Below, one piece after another: positions 63,100 to 64,000 of a stretch of 64,000 bases of DNA. The stretch comes from Gemmatimonadales bacterium (GTDB taxonomy: Bacteria; Gemmatimonadota; Gemmatimonadetes; Gemmatimonadales; GWC2-71-9). The DNA lies in assembly GCA_036006525.1 (NCBI GenBank), contig DASYPP010000109.1, positions 29,518 to 93,517 of the forward strand, read 5' to 3'. The notes below the pieces were generated by a model. That model ran no database searches, was not told where the DNA came from, and was given only the letters and a program-made list of their open reading frames with translations. The translations under genes and the position numbers were made by a program. Numbering within the stretch: position 1 is the first letter of the stretch; every line of letters starts with the position of its first letter.

Positions 63100-63788
63100 T
63101 GCAGGTCCGCCCCGTTGGATTCGTCGAGCCCACTGTCGAAAACGATGCTGCCCTCCCGGAGTTCCACCGTGCGGTAGGACGTCTGGCGCACCAGGTCGAG
63201 GTCGTGCGTCGCCATGACGACACAGGTGCCACCTGCATTGATGTCCCGGAGGAGCTGAAAGACGCCACGGGTCGCCCGCTCGTCGAGATTGCCGGTCGGC
63301 TCGTCGGCGAGGAGAATCGCCGGGTCGTTCACCAGGGCGCGCGCGATCGCTACCCGCTGCTGCTCGCCCCCGGACAACTCCCGGGGATAGGCCGAGGCCT
63401 TTCCGGCCAGTCCCACCTGGGTCAGGACCCGCTGGACCCGGCCCGGGATGATCTCCCTGCGGGACCCGGTGACCTCGAGCGCAAAAGCCACGTTCTCTTC
63501 CGCGGTCCGGTCTTCCAGCAGTCGGAAATCCTGGAACACGATGCCCAGCCGCCGCCGGAGCTTGGGAATCTCCGAGGGAGACAGATCTCCGATGTCAAAA
63601 CCGGACACCCGCACATCGCCCGAGGAGGGACGCTGTTCGGCGAACATCAGTTTCAACATGGTAGACTTGCCGGCGCCGGAATGCCCGGTCAGAAAAACGA
63701 ACTCACCCTTCGCCACGTGAAGGGAGGCGTCTTTCAGCGCAAATCCACCCTTGGGAAACGACTTGAAGACGTGGGAGAATTGGATCAC
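63096..63788 (-). CDS. ftsE: Cell division ATP-binding protein FtsE
   Basis: GTG start at 63788 ([11 protein letters not shown]...). [28 protein letters not shown]. The track ORF extends through the repeat region. Confidence 0.9.
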   Translation of the reverse strand: MIQFSHVFKSFPKGGFALKDASLHVAKGEFVFLTGHSGAGKSTMLKLMFAEQRPSSGDVRVSGFDIGDLSPSEIPKLRRRLGIVFQDFRLLEDRTAEENVAFALEVTGSRREIIPGRVQRVLTQVGLAGKASAYPRELSGGEQQRVAIARALVNDPAILLADEPTGNLDERATRGVFQLLRDINAGGTCVVMATHDLDLVRQTSYRTVELREGSIVFDSGLDESNGADLQ

Positions 63789-63826
63789 ATGCGGAAGATA
63801 GGGATGGCAGCGGTCGGGGTAAAGAA

Positions 63827-63905
63827 GTACTGGGTGACGGGTACTGGGTACTGGGTGAACTTGCACGTCCAATCCAGTACGCAGTACCCGGTACCTTGGT
63901 TACCC
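63827..63905. repeat. Inverted pair of heptamer arrays (GTACTGG family, same as 12217-12305)
   Basis: gtactgg gtgacgg gtactgg gtactgg gtgaac (63827-63860), 13-nt spacer, ccagtac gcagtac ccggtac then degenerate units (63874-63905). The upstream gene stop (63900-63902) is in the degenerate end. Confidence 0.9.
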
Positions 63906-64000
63906 TAAGGCCTGCTCCAGGTCGGCGATCAGGTCATCCGAGTTTTCGATGCCGCAGCTTAACCGGACGAAACCGTCGGGAACGCCCATCTTCGCCCGTT
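63900..64000 (-). CDS. C-terminal 33 aa of a Cys/Met-metabolism PLP enzyme (cystathionine gamma-synthase / O-acylhomoserine sulfhydrylase family), partial
   Basis: My own translation: ...AKMGVPDGFVRLSCGIENSDDLIADLEQALG*. This matches the conserved family C-terminus (RLSVGIE..DLI.DL.QAL). The TAA stop at 63900-63902 lies within a repeat arm. Confidence 0.6.
   Translation of the reverse strand, partial: RAKMGVPDGFVRLSCGIENSDDLIADLEQALG

Overview
This is a 64-kb, high-GC bacterial chromosomal segment. I call about 62 protein genes and 2 tRNAs (Lys-UUU, Asn-GUU). I saw no rRNA, CRISPR, transposase or integrase. The gene content (a PEP-CTERM protein, a TPR-tailed Ser/Thr kinase, many lipoproteins, near-leaderless promoters) fits a soil Gemmatimonadota- or Acidobacteriota-like organism, but that is a weak inference.

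Main blocks, in order:
1. 1-1673 (-): an ArsR/PhoB-like/PhoR-like operon.
2. 1836-8472 (+): a purine nucleotide/nucleoside scavenging operon (double 5'-nucleotidase, small unknown, adenosine deaminase, NupC importer, purine nucleoside phosphorylase).
3. thiD, a SpoU-type methyltransferase, and an orphan prepilin peptidase.
4. ffh-rpsP-rimM-trmD-rplS-rnhB, then an M1 aminopeptidase.
5. A block next to tRNA-Lys: PEP-CTERM protein, lipoprotein, Ser/Thr kinase.
6. RidA, an orphan pstS, ilvE, small unknown ORFs, a beta-lactamase-like hydrolase, two lytic transglycosylases, moaC, holB.
7. A lower-GC block next to tRNA-Asn: ArsR, SRPBCC, VOC, AlkD-like, dehydratase.
8. A GspE/PilB-type ATPase fused to a receiver domain.
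9. Repair genes (Fpg/Nei, AlkA-like, UvrA), a rhomboid protease, an EamA transporter.
10. UPF0104, ABC exporter, triple-FHA protein, PP2C phosphatase.
11. An HD hydrolase, pckA, a metzincin, an OMP, a diguanylate cyclase, and ftsE-ftsX-envC.

The most unusual signal is not a gene. At least 14 loci carry short tandem arrays of 7-9 nt units. Most are two inverted arms that can fold into long hairpins with periodic mismatches. Almost all sit on or next to stop codons, and some also cover start codons. At least seven unrelated unit sequences share this same architecture, and several unit families recur tens of kb apart. Three arms are also G-quadruplex-capable.

The best candidate protein systems are the ABC exporter/3xFHA/PP2C block and the GspE-REC fusion. 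No database search was possible, so every function call rests on motifs read from the translations.
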